From Tubulanus polymorphus (taxonomy: Eukaryota > Animalia > Nemertea): a stretch of DNA of 64,000 bases. Positions 51,601 to 61,800 of this stretch are shown here, one piece after another. A program made the translations under genes and the position numbers. The notes beneath the pieces were generated by a model. It saw only the letters and a list, made by a program, of their open reading frames with translations. It was not told where the DNA came from and made no database searches. The stretch's first letter is position 1. Each line of letters begins with the position of its first letter. Location: the NCBI RefSeq assembly GCF_964204645.1, contig NC_134034.1, forward strand, positions 6,112,914-6,176,913. Reading direction: 5' to 3'.

Positions 51601-52284
51601 ATTGTTAGTGTTTATTTTCAACTGACACATATGAACCCTATCTATTTTGAAGAGTCAACTATTCAAGATGCCTGACTGGCCTTGGAAGAAAACCTCCAAA
51701 ACATCACTTAAACAGAGCTGCCAACTGCCCTGCATTATGCAGGACAGCCACGCAATTGTATCATTAAAATGTCACAGATTCTTAAACAATTACCTTTGGT
51801 CACGGAATATTTCACAATTTTGATTAATTCAAATATTTTCAATGGAAAGTCTATTTTTCACTAGTGATAGGGGAATAAGTAATCGATAGACATTGCAAGA
51901 GTGATATGATAAAGCAAGTGAACACTGTGGCCCTGAGAAGCGGGTACCTACCTGTTGAATGTAGGAATTTTCTGTTTGTTGAGCATTTCAAACCACTTTC
52001 CAAGTGGGTGTGGTGTCCCTGGACCCCTAGTTTGTATAATGGGATTTTATTGTATGAGGAAAAAACTAGGCGGGTTACGACTTAATGTCTAGTATTTATT
52101 GAGAAATGAGAGAGTACCCTCGTATTACAAAGTTTCCAACAGCCATAGGCTGAGAACCCATGACTACGTTTTTATGTAGTGTAAAGACGATGGGTATAAT
52201 AAACTTTATCATACTCTGAATTTCTGAAGTCATTTCTTATATATTGCAGATGACATTATAAAACCGCTCAAAGAATTTGTGTGA
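612..52284 (+). CDS. PTPN4: PTPN3/PTPN4-like (PTP-MEG) FERM-PDZ-PTP non-receptor tyrosine phosphatase, 5'-partial multi-exon gene span
   Basis: 16 GT-AG exons splice in frame with matching phases. The translation gives the FERM-adjacent motif (SGRTEYQ...ERSFSRSPSK), PDZ ([16 protein letters not shown]) and PTP motifs [21 protein letters not shown] and QTASQY. It closely resembles human PTPN4 as recalled. Confidence 0.95.
784..1017 (+). CDS. PTPN4: PTPN4-like exon (R)[13 protein letters not shown]...HEDKSD(D)
   Basis: tttaag acceptor, GA|gtaagt donor, phase 2-2; RSPSK continues the FA motif. Confidence 0.85.
1709..1853 (+). CDS. PTPN4: PTPN4-like linker exon [11 protein letters not shown]...YNDQTL
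   Basis: ttttgcag acceptor, CTG|gtaagc donor, phase 2-0 compatible with neighbours. Confidence 0.78.
5637..5917. mobile_element. Degraded MITE (CAGGGTGG-type TIR, internal TCAGGGAA repeats)
   Basis: CGGGGTGGGCACT / AGTGACCACCCTG ends; no clean TSD. Confidence 0.45.
11582..13120 (+). CDS. PTPN4: Large Ser/Thr-rich, probably disordered exon (513 codons) upstream of the PDZ domain; cassette or alternative first coding exon
   Basis: 526-aa ORF in AT-rich DNA; NAGNAG acceptor (cag|AAG|ATG); CAG|gtattg donor at 13120; phase 0 at both ends; joins in frame to the PDZ exon at 14204. Confidence 0.72.
14204..14290 (+). CDS. PTPN4: PDZ exon 1 [29 protein letters not shown]
   Basis: ttctttcag acceptor, AAG|gttagt donor; PDZ carboxylate-binding loop RFGF. 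Confidence 0.95.
15218..16109 (-). mobile_element. Second, inverted and internally deleted copy of family A
   Basis: Reverse-complement similarity to 39393-39945 and 40614-40675; same terminal hairpin and (TAA)n tract. Confidence 0.8.
16599..16737 (+). repeat. DIRS left inverted terminal repeat
   Basis: 16629-16737 is the reverse complement of 22232-22340 with 3 mismatches in 109 bp. Confidence 0.93.
16943..18969 (+). pseudogene. DIRS ORF1 (gag-like) with N-terminal Cys/His cluster and RS-rich tract; frameshift near 18360
   Basis: [17 protein letters not shown]...C...CKIC at the N-terminus; split between ORFs 16943-18394 and 18376-18969. Confidence 0.8.
18836..20917 (+). pseudogene. DIRS pol: reverse transcriptase, RNase H and Dam-like methyltransferase domain; disrupted
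   Basis: [31 protein letters not shown] (19548-19559), [33 protein letters not shown]; frameshifting deletions near 19458, 20090 and 20131. Confidence 0.92.
20770..21724 (+). pseudogene. DIRS tyrosine recombinase domain
   Basis: [16 protein letters not shown] (catalytic R), LCPVRAL, HQVR. The W..PSTFTSFY segment with the catalytic Tyr lies in another frame after a shift at ~21660 and is followed by TAA. Confidence 0.9.
22080..22177. repeat. DIRS internal complementary region (ICR)
   Basis: 22080-22120 is the reverse complement of the left end (16599-16639); 22119 onward is the reverse complement of the right end. Confidence 0.92.
22232..22370 (-). repeat. DIRS right inverted terminal repeat plus right extension
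   Basis: Inverted copy of the left ITR; 22344-22370 is complementary to ICR 22119-22145. Confidence 0.92.
22915..24485 (+). mobile_element. HINE-like family C element
   Basis: 5' hairpin AGGACGTTCGT-TAG-ACGAACGTCCT (22917-22941), (GTTA)n at ~23011, matching subterminal ACGAACGTCCT at 24452-24462. Confidence 0.6.
24940..26000 (-). mobile_element. Degraded Gypsy/Ty3 LTR retrotransposon pol remnant (RNase H and integrase)
   Basis: [18 protein letters not shown]...[13 protein letters not shown] (RNase H) followed by PWERIHVD...[11 protein letters not shown] (integrase core); RH-then-IN order. Confidence 0.85.
25447..25693. mobile_element. MITE nested in the Gypsy remnant
   Basis: 28-bp inverted ends TACGGTACAGCTTAGAATTAATTTAACA / TGTTAATTTAATTCTAAGCTGTACAGTA with 2 mismatches; TA at the outer ends. 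Confidence 0.7.
26782..27229. mobile_element. piggyBac-like MITE
   Basis: TTAA on both sides; TIRs CTCTTTGCCTGCCA / TGGCAGGCAATGAG (13/14). Confidence 0.7.
31768..31911 (+). CDS. PTPN4: PDZ exon 2 [21 protein letters not shown]...HTHEQ
   Basis: atttcag acceptor, CAG|gtaaac donor; 48 codons of PDZ core. Confidence 0.95.
32035..32760. repeat. Degraded tandem repeat containing CCACCAGGGG motifs
   Basis: Recurring TTTTCAAACTTGGT and TGGCCACCAGGGG blocks. Confidence 0.55.
33830..33899 (+). CDS. PTPN4: PDZ exon 3 [23 protein letters not shown]
   Basis: ttgcag acceptor, G|gtgggt donor, phase 0-1. Confidence 0.93.
34544..34701 (+). CDS. PTPN4: PDZ-PTP linker exon (V)[16 protein letters not shown]...GQFD
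   Basis: Phase 1-0; EPDFQYIP motif as in PTPN4; GAT|gtaagt donor. Confidence 0.93.
35141..35231 (+). CDS. PTPN4: PTP exon QLYRKKP...KNRYRDISP(Y)
   Basis: KNRY pTyr-recognition loop; canonical splice sites. Confidence 0.95.
36027..36094 (+). CDS. PTPN4: PTP exon [22 protein letters not shown]
   Basis: DYINAN motif; phase 1-0. Confidence 0.95.
36180..36263 (+). CDS. PTPN4: PTP exon [28 protein letters not shown]
   Basis: YIAxQGP and DFW motifs; canonical splice sites. Confidence 0.95.
37097..37448. mobile_element. MITE with CATA- termini
   Basis: ~25-bp imperfect TIRs; flanks ATCGCTG/ATCACTG resemble a 7-bp TSD; internal inverted pair 37175-37195 and 37350-37371. Confidence 0.6.
38058..39040. 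mobile_element. Kolobok-like non-autonomous DNA transposon
   Basis: TIRs AGGGTAAGTGACACT / AGTGTCAGTTACCCT with TTAA-like flanks. Confidence 0.5.
41491..42861 (+). mobile_element. HINE-like family B element carrying ~155-bp tandem repeats
   Basis: (GTCC)n near the 5' end; 5' part also at ~27352 and ~36309; 3' end CCAAGTG...GTCCCTGGACCCCTAGTTT also at ~1584, ~45305 and ~52033. Confidence 0.7.
42040..42785. repeat. ~155-bp tandem repeat, about 5 copies
   Basis: CAGGGGGC-like anchor at 42161, 42316, 42471, 42625 and 42774; stray units near 35330-35560 and 43940-44070. Confidence 0.9.
43651..43842 (+). CDS. PTPN4: PTP exon [14 protein letters not shown]...KCHQYWP...ISME
   Basis: VMLT and KCxxYWP motifs; GAG|gtgagt donor. 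Confidence 0.96.
45942..46090 (+). CDS. PTPN4: PTP exon with WPD loop (AWPDHGVP) and VHC(S)
   Basis: WPDHGVP and catalytic Cys present; AG|gtaggt donor. Confidence 0.96.
46281..46416 (+). CDS. PTPN4: PTP exon (S)AGIGRTG...[11 protein letters not shown]
   Basis: Completes the P-loop [10 protein letters not shown] and starts the Q-loop. Confidence 0.96.
46838..48206 (+). mobile_element. HINE-like family D element
   Basis: 5' hairpin GGCTCGCT-TT-AGCGAGCC; 3' AGCGAGCC (48179) plus GGACC-ATT-GGTCC stem-loop; T-rich flanks. Confidence 0.6.
48592..48637 (+). CDS. PTPN4: Penultimate exon [15 protein letters not shown]; if unspliced it reads on to TGA at 48685-48687 ([16 protein letters not shown])
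   Basis: ttttcag acceptor; QYxF motif; G|gtacgt donor. Confidence 0.92.
50459..50484 (+). CDS. Possible alternative terminal exon (D)GESLKND*
   Basis: Very strong polypyrimidine acceptor tttctttgcccttttccag; phase-1 join gives a short C-terminus; no homology support. Confidence 0.3.
50973..51586 (+). repeat. Near-identical copy of the family A internal segment 39944-40558
   Basis: Direct visual alignment with few substitutions; a more diverged copy lies at ~28770-29215. Confidence 0.9.
52250..52284 (+). CDS. PTPN4: Terminal coding exon (D)[10 protein letters not shown]
   Basis: ttgcag acceptor, phase 1; IIKPL resembles the PTPN4 C-terminal FVKPL. Confidence 0.8.
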
Positions 52285-55200
52285 AGGTCACAGCCATTAT
52301 CAAAGGTTTCAAGGACAAACTGAATGTCATGTAAGTTGTAGGTGACACTGAGCAGTCAGTCACTGAACAGATGGAATTTGTTACGAACCACCAATGGACC
52401 TAAACAATCCCCATATTGGAGAAAATTTAAGATGGTGATGGCACATTTGGAAAAAAAATTATCCATTATGCCAGAGTACCACTGCCAGTGTGACAAGACA
52501 AAACAAGTCGTCAGTAATGTCCTAGGGAGTAGTGGCATAGACTATGGTGCTATAATATTATTATCATTATTATAAATGTGTATGTATGTATGTATTCTAA
52601 TAAAGATAAACGGATATAAGAGAAGTTTTGACATTCCTTTAGAACAGTCCTGTCAATTGAGTCATCATTCAAGTCTTGAGTTCATAGTGCGGCTGTAGTT
52701 TGTTTAAAAAAAGATTTTCTCAATACGGTGTTTATCAATTCTCTTGAATGTTGACTGGATCGTATATGCGTTTTAGTAAGGTGGACAAATGCTGCGATTT
52801 TCAATCTTTCATCAATGCAAGGTTTTTAAAGAATTGATATATTCATTAAAGTCTATATGGAATTACCTTTTTTGGTTTCGGGCTGGAATTTCTGTAAATT
52901 TTCTAGGTTATCCCTGCAAAGTCATGACAAATATAAATTTCTCCTGACATATATATGAATTGATGACTCCAGATTATGTGTACGTATATGAATTAATTTT
53001 CAATCCCAGAAAATGTAATATTTGCTCCTATTGGAGATTAATTTAATTATTTCTATGTATGATAATTATTATTATTGTTTCATTATGTTTGTATAATATT
53101 ATTTGTGTATATATGTTATGATATCTGTTCTTCTGGATGCTGAGGAATATGTTATTTATTTCTTAACAATCAACTATACGAACCTAATTCTTGCTATATT
53201 TCAGAACTTGAATAGTCGAACCTCAATTTTTTCTGTGCTCAGATGTCAGCAGAACTATCTGATTATAAGATTTAAGACTTTTTGTTCACGAATGTATATA
53301 GTATAGAAGTTACCAGTGATCTCTATATACTTAGTAATCAGTGAACAACTCCCTGTTTCTTATGGATAATCATGGACTCTTTCGTTTTCCGTGGTATAAT
53401 CGATCCTATCCTTTCCTGTGTCCAGTTGCCACAATGTCTGTTTAAGTTAACACAATTTCAGTATTCAGTCAAGCCCAGTTAAGCAAGATCTGATGAAAAA
53501 TATATATATTTGTAAATTGTTGTGAAATTCTTATTACTTAGAAAAGCTTCCCAATTGAATATACCAATTGTTACTACAGTCATTCTCAATGTGTGATTAT
53601 CAAAAGGATGAGCCATGTATTGAAAAAATCTATAGAATATGTACCTCTCACATAGAGGAGACTTTTTAAGACTACATTTACTTCAATATAGCCTAGTAAT
53701 TGTATTCACTTCTGCTTTCTCGGGTGCAGCAGCTCTGTTAGTGATTCATTATTTTGCAAAGTAATCCTCAACTGAATTCTGCTTGAATTTTTCTTGATTG
53801 TTCATAATTTTTCTTCACGAATTTGTATAGCCAACTTACACTTTGATGCCAATAGCAGTTATGCTCTTTAGAGGTTAGCTATTGAATGTATGTATTATGT
53901 TTGCATTGCCAGTGACTGGTATCTTCCTGTTTTGCCCCCTATCCCAATTTTGCTCCTTTTCCATTTTGTTCCTTTCCCATTTCACGCCTAAAAAAATGTG
54001 GCTTTTATACGACTTAAATGTAAATATTTATGGGCTATATTGAATGAAACAAAAGGTCACGAAATTATCAAATGATATAAACTCAACATATCCCAATCTG
54101 GCTTAAGCGGGCTTGACTGTACATATATTTTCACTCTTTATCAGGGCCGTACCTAGCATTTGAATATTTAGTGGTAGAGAAATCCGAAAAAGTGTAGTTT
54201 CCTTAAGTAAAAAACCAATATAACGATTCTTATAGGCCTTTAACAAGATTCTTGTCAGTGAAGGATTCTACATTGAATTTTTATTGGATGTATCAATACA
54301 TGTATATTTGCAAAAGGCTTACCCCCACCCCTTGCTATGTACGGCCCTGGTTATTAATTCTTCAAGGCTGATAACTGACATTTTAAATTTGCATATTGTA
54401 CTTAACTTACTCATATGATAGTGTAAGCAGTGACAGTGATGATTGTTCTAGCCATAAGCCGTGTTAACTACGATGTTTAGAATGGTCTAAATTTGGATGG
54501 GACCAAACATTCACTAGCGAAAATTCCATTCCAAAAGTCTGTTCTATTTTAGACCGTTCCAATTTGGACCAACCTAAAAGACTGGTCCAGGTCCATTCTA
54601 TATTTTTGAATGAACTTAATCTGTGTGTGTGTGTGGACAGAAACTGGTTACAGGTTCGTTCTAAATCGTACATTGTGGTATGTGGTATGAATTCAATGGT
54701 AATAAACTGGTCACTTACTCATCAAGCTGATTAATGTAAATGTAGTTTTCAAATTTCATATAATTTCCATATTGCCTAAAATTCAAGTAAACCGGATTAG
54801 TATTTATCTTACGGGTTGCTCACAGATTATCCATTTTAATTGTTTTGAAAATATCCTAGAATTTACCATAGATTGATGTGTCCAGGATGCGCACTCTGAT
54901 TTGGCTCATTCCAAATTTGACACGTTCCAGGCTAACTGCCCAGGTAACTTTTAGGTAACTTCCATTGGTGCAAGAATTGCTACCATTTTTTACAGCGGAA
55001 AGTAACCCTAACGTGTGAAAATTTGAAATTGAATCGCCCGATTTAAATCAAGAGTGATTAAATAGAGCAATTAACACTATGAGTATATCCCACTCCATGG
55101 CAGTTCATCCAATCATTGGAACAGACTGGCAGATCATTGAACTTGAACTGATATAATTTCATCACATCGAGTAACCATATGAAGATCTAGGACACATTTT

Positions 55201-56540
55201 GAGTCGGGCATTGAATCGGCTTGATGTGTGACTGGTGGATACATGTAACAATACTGTGACTTACATTATAGTACTGGCTCTTTGGAATTTCTGCCAACTT
55301 TGTTAGATAAACTTTCTTAGTCAAACCTTCGTTAGATATCTACTTAGCCTTGAAAACTTTTCTGACTTCTTGAAGTGTCGAACTCTGCATCCGGGTTTTA
55401 TGTGTACTAACTTTCAAAATGATTAGTTTCTAAGGTGAATCAAATTATTATCCAACAAAGAGTTAAAGTCTAAAGATGAAAGTTATAGTTGGTCAGTTCA
55501 ATGTTCGTTTTAGAGTTCATGGTCAGTGAAAGTGACACAAGTTAATTTGGTTATATCTGATGATGTCATTTAATTGTAAATGAAATCAAGATTAATGAAA
55601 TATGAATTGATTGTATTTAACAAACACTAGTGAAGGAATCTATCCCAGTAAAATAGATCATCTTTGTTGAAACAATTTTTTCCATTGCTCAAATGATAAG
55701 TTTTAAAACGAAATTGTTTAATCACAGAAATTGTGCATTAATGTTTCAATCCCTGCTTAGGGTGGAAAGCTTTTCCAGTTGCACTTTACTTCGTAGGGCC
55801 CATTACTTATGGGGAGTATGGAATTGTTGCCAGTCAATAAGTACAGTTATCCAGTAAAAGGTAGCCCAAAAAGCTTGGATACCATATTATTAACCCTTTT
55901 TATAACTAGAACATATGAATCATTTATCAAAGACAACTAGTTGAGGTCGGAATCACATTATAGCGTGACGTCCTGGCGATACATACTATAGAAATGATCC
56001 CTAAAAATGATCTTAAAACTAGTTATGAGATTATAAAGAGAAGTTTTTACCCATTTTGATGTGTTCCCTGTGCCTTTAACAAAATGTTATCCTTGTTATC
56101 AGAGTGAAACAAACAACATATGTGTACAATCAGAAAGATAATTATTATGAAATCCTTTGTGCACAGGAAGGCCCTACACCTGAATATTTTAATTACATGA
56201 TGAATATTTTAATTTTCATGTCATGTTTATTATGACATAGTTATGTAAATTCAATGTTTTATATCAACGTTTTTAATGTCTTGTGCTGCAGAGACCAATG
56301 ATGCTTCCTCAACTGTACATAATATTGTCAACGACCTTAGCGGAATAAACTGTTAGCTTAGCTTATTCCTTCCAAGGTAACAATAACTTCAATGATACAT
56401 TGTTTTTATACTGCCCATGATTATAATCATTGTAATTATTAGTTATTTAGATATAATTTAATGATAATTGAATAGTTAATTGAATAGGTAAACATGATTT
56501 TGTGTAAGTAAAATAAAGAGCTTGGTTGCTACGATACAAT
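52285..56540 (+). other. Probable long 3' UTR with AATAAA at 52599, 56344 and 56512
   Basis: AT-rich non-coding stretch after the stop codon; which poly(A) site is used is unknown. Confidence 0.4.
54142..54349. mobile_element. Small MITE in the putative 3' UTR
   Basis: TIRs CAGGGCCGTACCTAGCA / TGCTATGTACGGCCCTG; a related end at ~62269. Confidence 0.6.
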
Positions 56541-58747
56541 TTGTATGAAAATATATATGCGAAATATATATAGATATATATTATTGAAAATTATTTGATG
56601 TTTATATATTTTATATAGTAGTTTTCGCATTACGTGTATACCGTATTTCACTAGGTACCGATATACAGTCGTCAATTGAAGAATTTCGCTATCCTGAATT
56701 GTACATTCATAGTGGTTTTATATGTTCACCCGCTTTTTGTATTGGAACATATCGATCATTGTGTTAAAACAAATCGATGGCGTATGCTTTAAAGCAGGTG
56801 TGCATTATAATTCCCACTCGGCACCATTTCCATGTACATGTATACATTACATGCACAGCGCGCATATTTTACCAGGATACATTGAATATTATGCATGTAT
56901 AAGTCTAAAAAAGATACCTGGTGTCTCAGCTCGGTGCTGGTCGCCAAAAGTAAAGTGCAGCATTTTTGTGGCACTATGTATGAATTACATATTAACTCCA
57001 ACTCGGATATCACCCAAGCCGGACCCATTTTTACGGTCCCAAAAGATCCGACTCGAGCGAAGTTTACTGTATAATGATGAGATAGACCCTGCTGGGTCAA
57101 TTTTTTAAAAAGGCTCAATTTTTTAAAAAGGCTTCAAAATATTTCAATTTTTATTTTCAAAAGTTATGAAATTAAAACACCGGCCCGTCCAATAGTGATC
57201 TTTCAAAATAGGAACGATGTATTTTTAGCCTACACTATTCAGGTGCAGGTCCAAGGGAAGTTGCCCTGATATTTCACAGGAAAATGAAACAAAATTAAAC
57301 TGATAGTCCTAAAAAAAGTTTAAATCAATATGCTTGTCCAACGTACTTCCAAAAATTGGTTAATATTTTGCGACAAGCGTTCTTTCGGGGTGCCTTTTTC
57401 ATTATGATGTGCCTCTCCATCTACGTACTGGTACTAGGACTGAGAAGAAAAAAATTCAAATTGATAGTGGATTTCTTTCATTATGTGCAATTTCATGGCC
57501 ACGATACAAAGAGAACAGGTGAAGCAATCGATAATTTTAATTGATTTAATTAAGTTTAATTTTAATTGAGTAATGACACATAGACACCGGCGAACGGTAA
57601 CAAAGCAAATTAGAAACAGATCAAAATCCGTGATGCACGTTGTCAAGCCAATATGGCGTATATAATGAATTTATCGGCATATCCGTTTGGCAGAAACTCT
57701 TGACGTCTGTAAGGTTGGCCTCACTTTGCAGCTTTTTTCTGGTTGATAACGCGAGCCGAACGAACAAAGCATTGCGTGACCGGAGCATTGCACGAAGGGC
57801 TGGCGTGATGGTACAGATATCATATAGTGAGGCCACCGGTTGATTAAGATGGCTGGAACCGCGTGTGTCCATCTACAAATAACAACACACGATGTTCATG
57901 GATTATATTTATGTTTTAAATCACTATGACTAACAGATGCAACTCTATGGTCGGTGCCTTCCAATCCAAATGTACACAATCCTTGATCCCAGTCCGCGGT
58001 GGCACACGACTAAATGGTTTCGAAACAATTCAGAGCGTGTGCGCGTTGATCGTGTGTCGCGCACAAAGAACCTCGTACTTGATAAGGTTTTGCGCCAGTT
58101 GACATGTGAGCCTACATTTACTTATATCTATTCAACCGACTCTGGTGTCGTTTTAACAGTTCTCAACAATAAATGCATTTTCGAATCTATGTAGCCAAAT
58201 GTATGTTTGAGAGACGCGATAGAATAAATTGCCATAGGCATCGGTCGATGTGACTCGATTTCCATCGGGGTTTGTAAATGTAGGCTATATGTGTTTTATC
58301 ACCATTTGTAGGCTACCAAAAAGACATATTACGCGGATATAATACGATTTATAATTTTCTTATTGATCACCTCTGCCGTTTGGTCATTCACATAACCAAC
58401 GAGACTGATTGCATGAGATTTTAACGATTTAACTATTAAAGATAATTGAGAACTTACAATTTGCCATACCGATCGACTCTTCGGAACGCTCAGAAACCGT
58501 CGTCGCCTTCTTTTACTGCAAAAATTCATTCGATAAGCGTGCAGCTGTTCGAACATTCATATTTTGTATGAACTGAAGTTTTTAACCGTAGGCACCGGCC
58601 GATATAGCATGCCTGATCGGATTTACGTATGGGTGCCCCACATGTCCGACTTATATAAAATTTCTTCAGTATCCGGATGTTCGAATTCATATTCCAAGGT
58701 TTTTCTCAAAGCTAGCTTAGTCGCTAGTTCTTGGCTGTCCACGAGTT

Positions 58748-58885
58748 AATGTGATTCACCGTCGATCTGGTCTGGCTTTTATATTGAACGGCTGTCGAAC
58801 GTAACAGGTGCCCTGCCACGTGGGACCGCACGCGCCTTCCGTCCCAACATCGACCAATGAACAATGAGAATCTAACACGTGCGGT
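58748..58885 (-). promoter_or_regulatory. Candidate core promoter of a convergent minus-strand transcript
   Basis: TATAAAAG at 58783-58776; Inr-like TCA with its A at 58752, 31 nt from the TATA; CACGTG E-boxes at 58817 and 58876; CACGCG at 58829; CCAAT at 58854; locally CpG-rich. Confidence 0.55.
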
Positions 58886-61800
58886 TTGAATTACCGTATC
58901 ACCTTTTATCAGTTAACATTACTTTAAACTCAAATCTACTATATTTATATTGGGAAATTGATGCCTGATAAGGCATACTGATTTTATTTAGGTCCAAATT
59001 TCTAAACAAACATAAATACATGAAAACTATTTGTCAAGCAATAAAGCAGGTTGTGGTTTTCTCATAGTTTAGTTAGTTGAGTCACCGAATTTAAGTCTTT
59101 TAACTCAGGGATTCCCTATTGAATATCAGAGAAAATATACTTTTGATATTCGTATATTTACGTGTAGGCCTTTACTGTTTCTATTTGATATGTATGTATA
59201 TATATATATACATACACATCTATATTCGCTATGTGTATTCTAGTAATCCATACAAATTCACGAGAATTATAAAAACTAAGGCATACTTATAAATGCAGTT
59301 AGTGTACCTGCTTCTAATCAAAACCCAATTTTATTCAAATTCAAATAATTCGCCATCACCAAACAGCTGGTCTGAGGGTAGGATTTTATTACTACATATA
59401 TACATTAAAATGCACACGTGGCAGCTGAAGCGGATTGTGTCGCATTAATTCAGAACATGAATTATCTTCAGTTGGGAATCATATCGTCAGCTGTGCGCGA
59501 ATGTACATCCCGTCATTTACTTTTTCCACCTGTTACCCGTACGTTCTTTCTACTCTGTCTCGATATATAATATGTGATGTTTGCCCTTTTGATCGATTGG
59601 TTCCTTCATTCATTTTTTCTAAATTCAATATTTTGTTTGATTTAAACTATTTGGCTTCTCATTGTTCATGTAATAGACCCATGATAACTGCTGAACACAC
59701 ATTTTTCGTAAAATATTGTAGCTTCGCTACATATACATTCATATATATTCAATTGATTATACAAATATGTTTCCACGGCAACCACCGACCTTGAATCAAT
59801 TTTCAGATTAGGCCTACTATTGTTACTGGTCCTTGTAACTGCATTCAAATATAAAGTACTAGCTTTCTAAAGAAAATGTCCATGTATATGTGGAGCACTT
59901 CAAGCTTCCACATTACGTTAATAAACTTCGTGGTGTTTGTCTAAGTTACTGTACAAAATATGAAAATGATTGGTCGAATGTAAAAATAAGCTGGCATTCG
60001 AAAAATAATTGTTGCTGGCAAACTCTGAAAGATGCTAAGATAAGACGGCATGAGATCATTGATGATGATTAATAAAGTTGTGTGATTTATCATGATTCTG
60101 AAATAGAGCTATACATTATATTACGTACATGTCATGAGGACTATATATCCTTCAAGGGCGCAGGTGGAACTTAAATTCATTCTAACTTAACATTGGATTA
60201 TCGATTTGTTCACCACATCATACACACTATAATCGGGCCAAGTTGGTCGATATGTAATAGAGTAATATACTATATACGTAAGTAGGCCTGGAGCAATCGG
60301 AAAGCGCGAATTGTTTTTAACGACCGGTCAGAGTGAACGGGTTGTTTCATTAAATATCCTCTCTCTGTTTTTGTGTAAGTGTACATATATATACATAATT
60401 TCTAGATATTCAAAATTAATCGATAATTGAGGGCGGCACTCACTTATGAACAAATTTTCGTTAGATTGCTGAAACTAACCAAAGAAAGGCGACAGTTAAA
60501 TCGTAGAAATTCCAAGAATTTATAGGTGGTGTTAATGAAAAACCTATGAATTGTTTTTTACCCTTTATTCGCTCTGGCATGTTACTATGGTAACAAGCAG
60601 CAAGGACAGGCCAATCAGCGATTCTTATTTTCAAAGATAGATTGAAGGGTCACGACATTATTCGAACAACCTTATTCCATTTTTGCACTATTGGCCAAAT
60701 CTGGCGTCAGTTTATCCTAGTCCGCGAAAATGTTCGAGATGTCACTGATGGGTATACTATCAAGTATTGACTTCTGTAATTCATGCGTAGCCTACTGGGA
60801 TGAATGCTAGATTATCCTAGTAAATGGGATCTACGTAGCTCATCCAACCCTACTAGAGTACCCTCACCCGGTCAAGAGAACGTGATTATATCAGTAGCTG
60901 GTTTTCTTCATGGCTCCCCAGTGCAACAGCGAATCGAATATAAGATTCACCCTCTTGCGTAACCAACTACTCATTTTGTAGGATTTGATAGTTCCATACG
61001 GTACCCATACTACCATCTTAAACATTTGACGGTTGTTCCTTCTATTCTATAGTACCATGTATATAGGCGGAACTGTTTGGATTAGAGTTCTTGAAAAAAA
61101 TTATCTGAACACAAGTAAACACAGTCTGAGATACCGGGCTGAAATGTCTGCTTTTCTCGTCATTATTATTGGACTATCCCCTGAAAAAGGTGGATTAGAA
61201 AAAATTTAACTGATGGGAAGAGTATTGGTCCGGCTGGCTAACTGGAGTGGTCCCGCCGGTCTGTCAAAATTAGTTCATCACCAACTTTGAACTGGATTTC
61301 TAGGCTCTAATCCATATATTCAGGAACCCATAAGCTTATACGGTTCGTTAAATTGATTTGTCTACTCAGTGATTGGTATAAGTTTTCATTTAATCGCAAA
61401 TTTAATCAAGATAAGTGAATCCAAAAAAAGATTAGATTAACCTATGTCCCCAGTCAATTCCCGTCTATTCAAGACAAGCGGGGTTTTTAGGATCGTTAAG
61501 GAATATACAATTATTGATTACCCTATATCAGCTAATAAGTGTCATTCAACGTCTAACCGACATTTATTAAATTATTGTCACTTCAACTAAAACAGTCCAG
61601 ATGTTACCGAACTAAACATGGTAATGAGTAGACCGAGTTAAATGAAGCAGGGACAATAGTTCCATGGTCGAGAATTTACAAAAATGCATTGAGTCCATAC
61701 CATAGACGTAATGCGGGACGTGCACACGACTTTAAAGCTATTTCTAGTCAACACGCGGGATCATCAACTTAGAGGACTTGTACATCAACATCTAACCGAG

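Noticed and set aside
57945-58690. Loose resemblance of minus-strand frames to ODC antizyme (NWRKTLS; short ORF ending TTC TGA)
   Set aside because: The conserved antizyme motifs (GSK, LLEFAEE, FSFLGF, WCS-UGA) are absent and the frame stops early.
59191-59216. 26-bp perfect palindrome
   Set aside because: Built from (TA)n and TGTA microsatellite; trivial.
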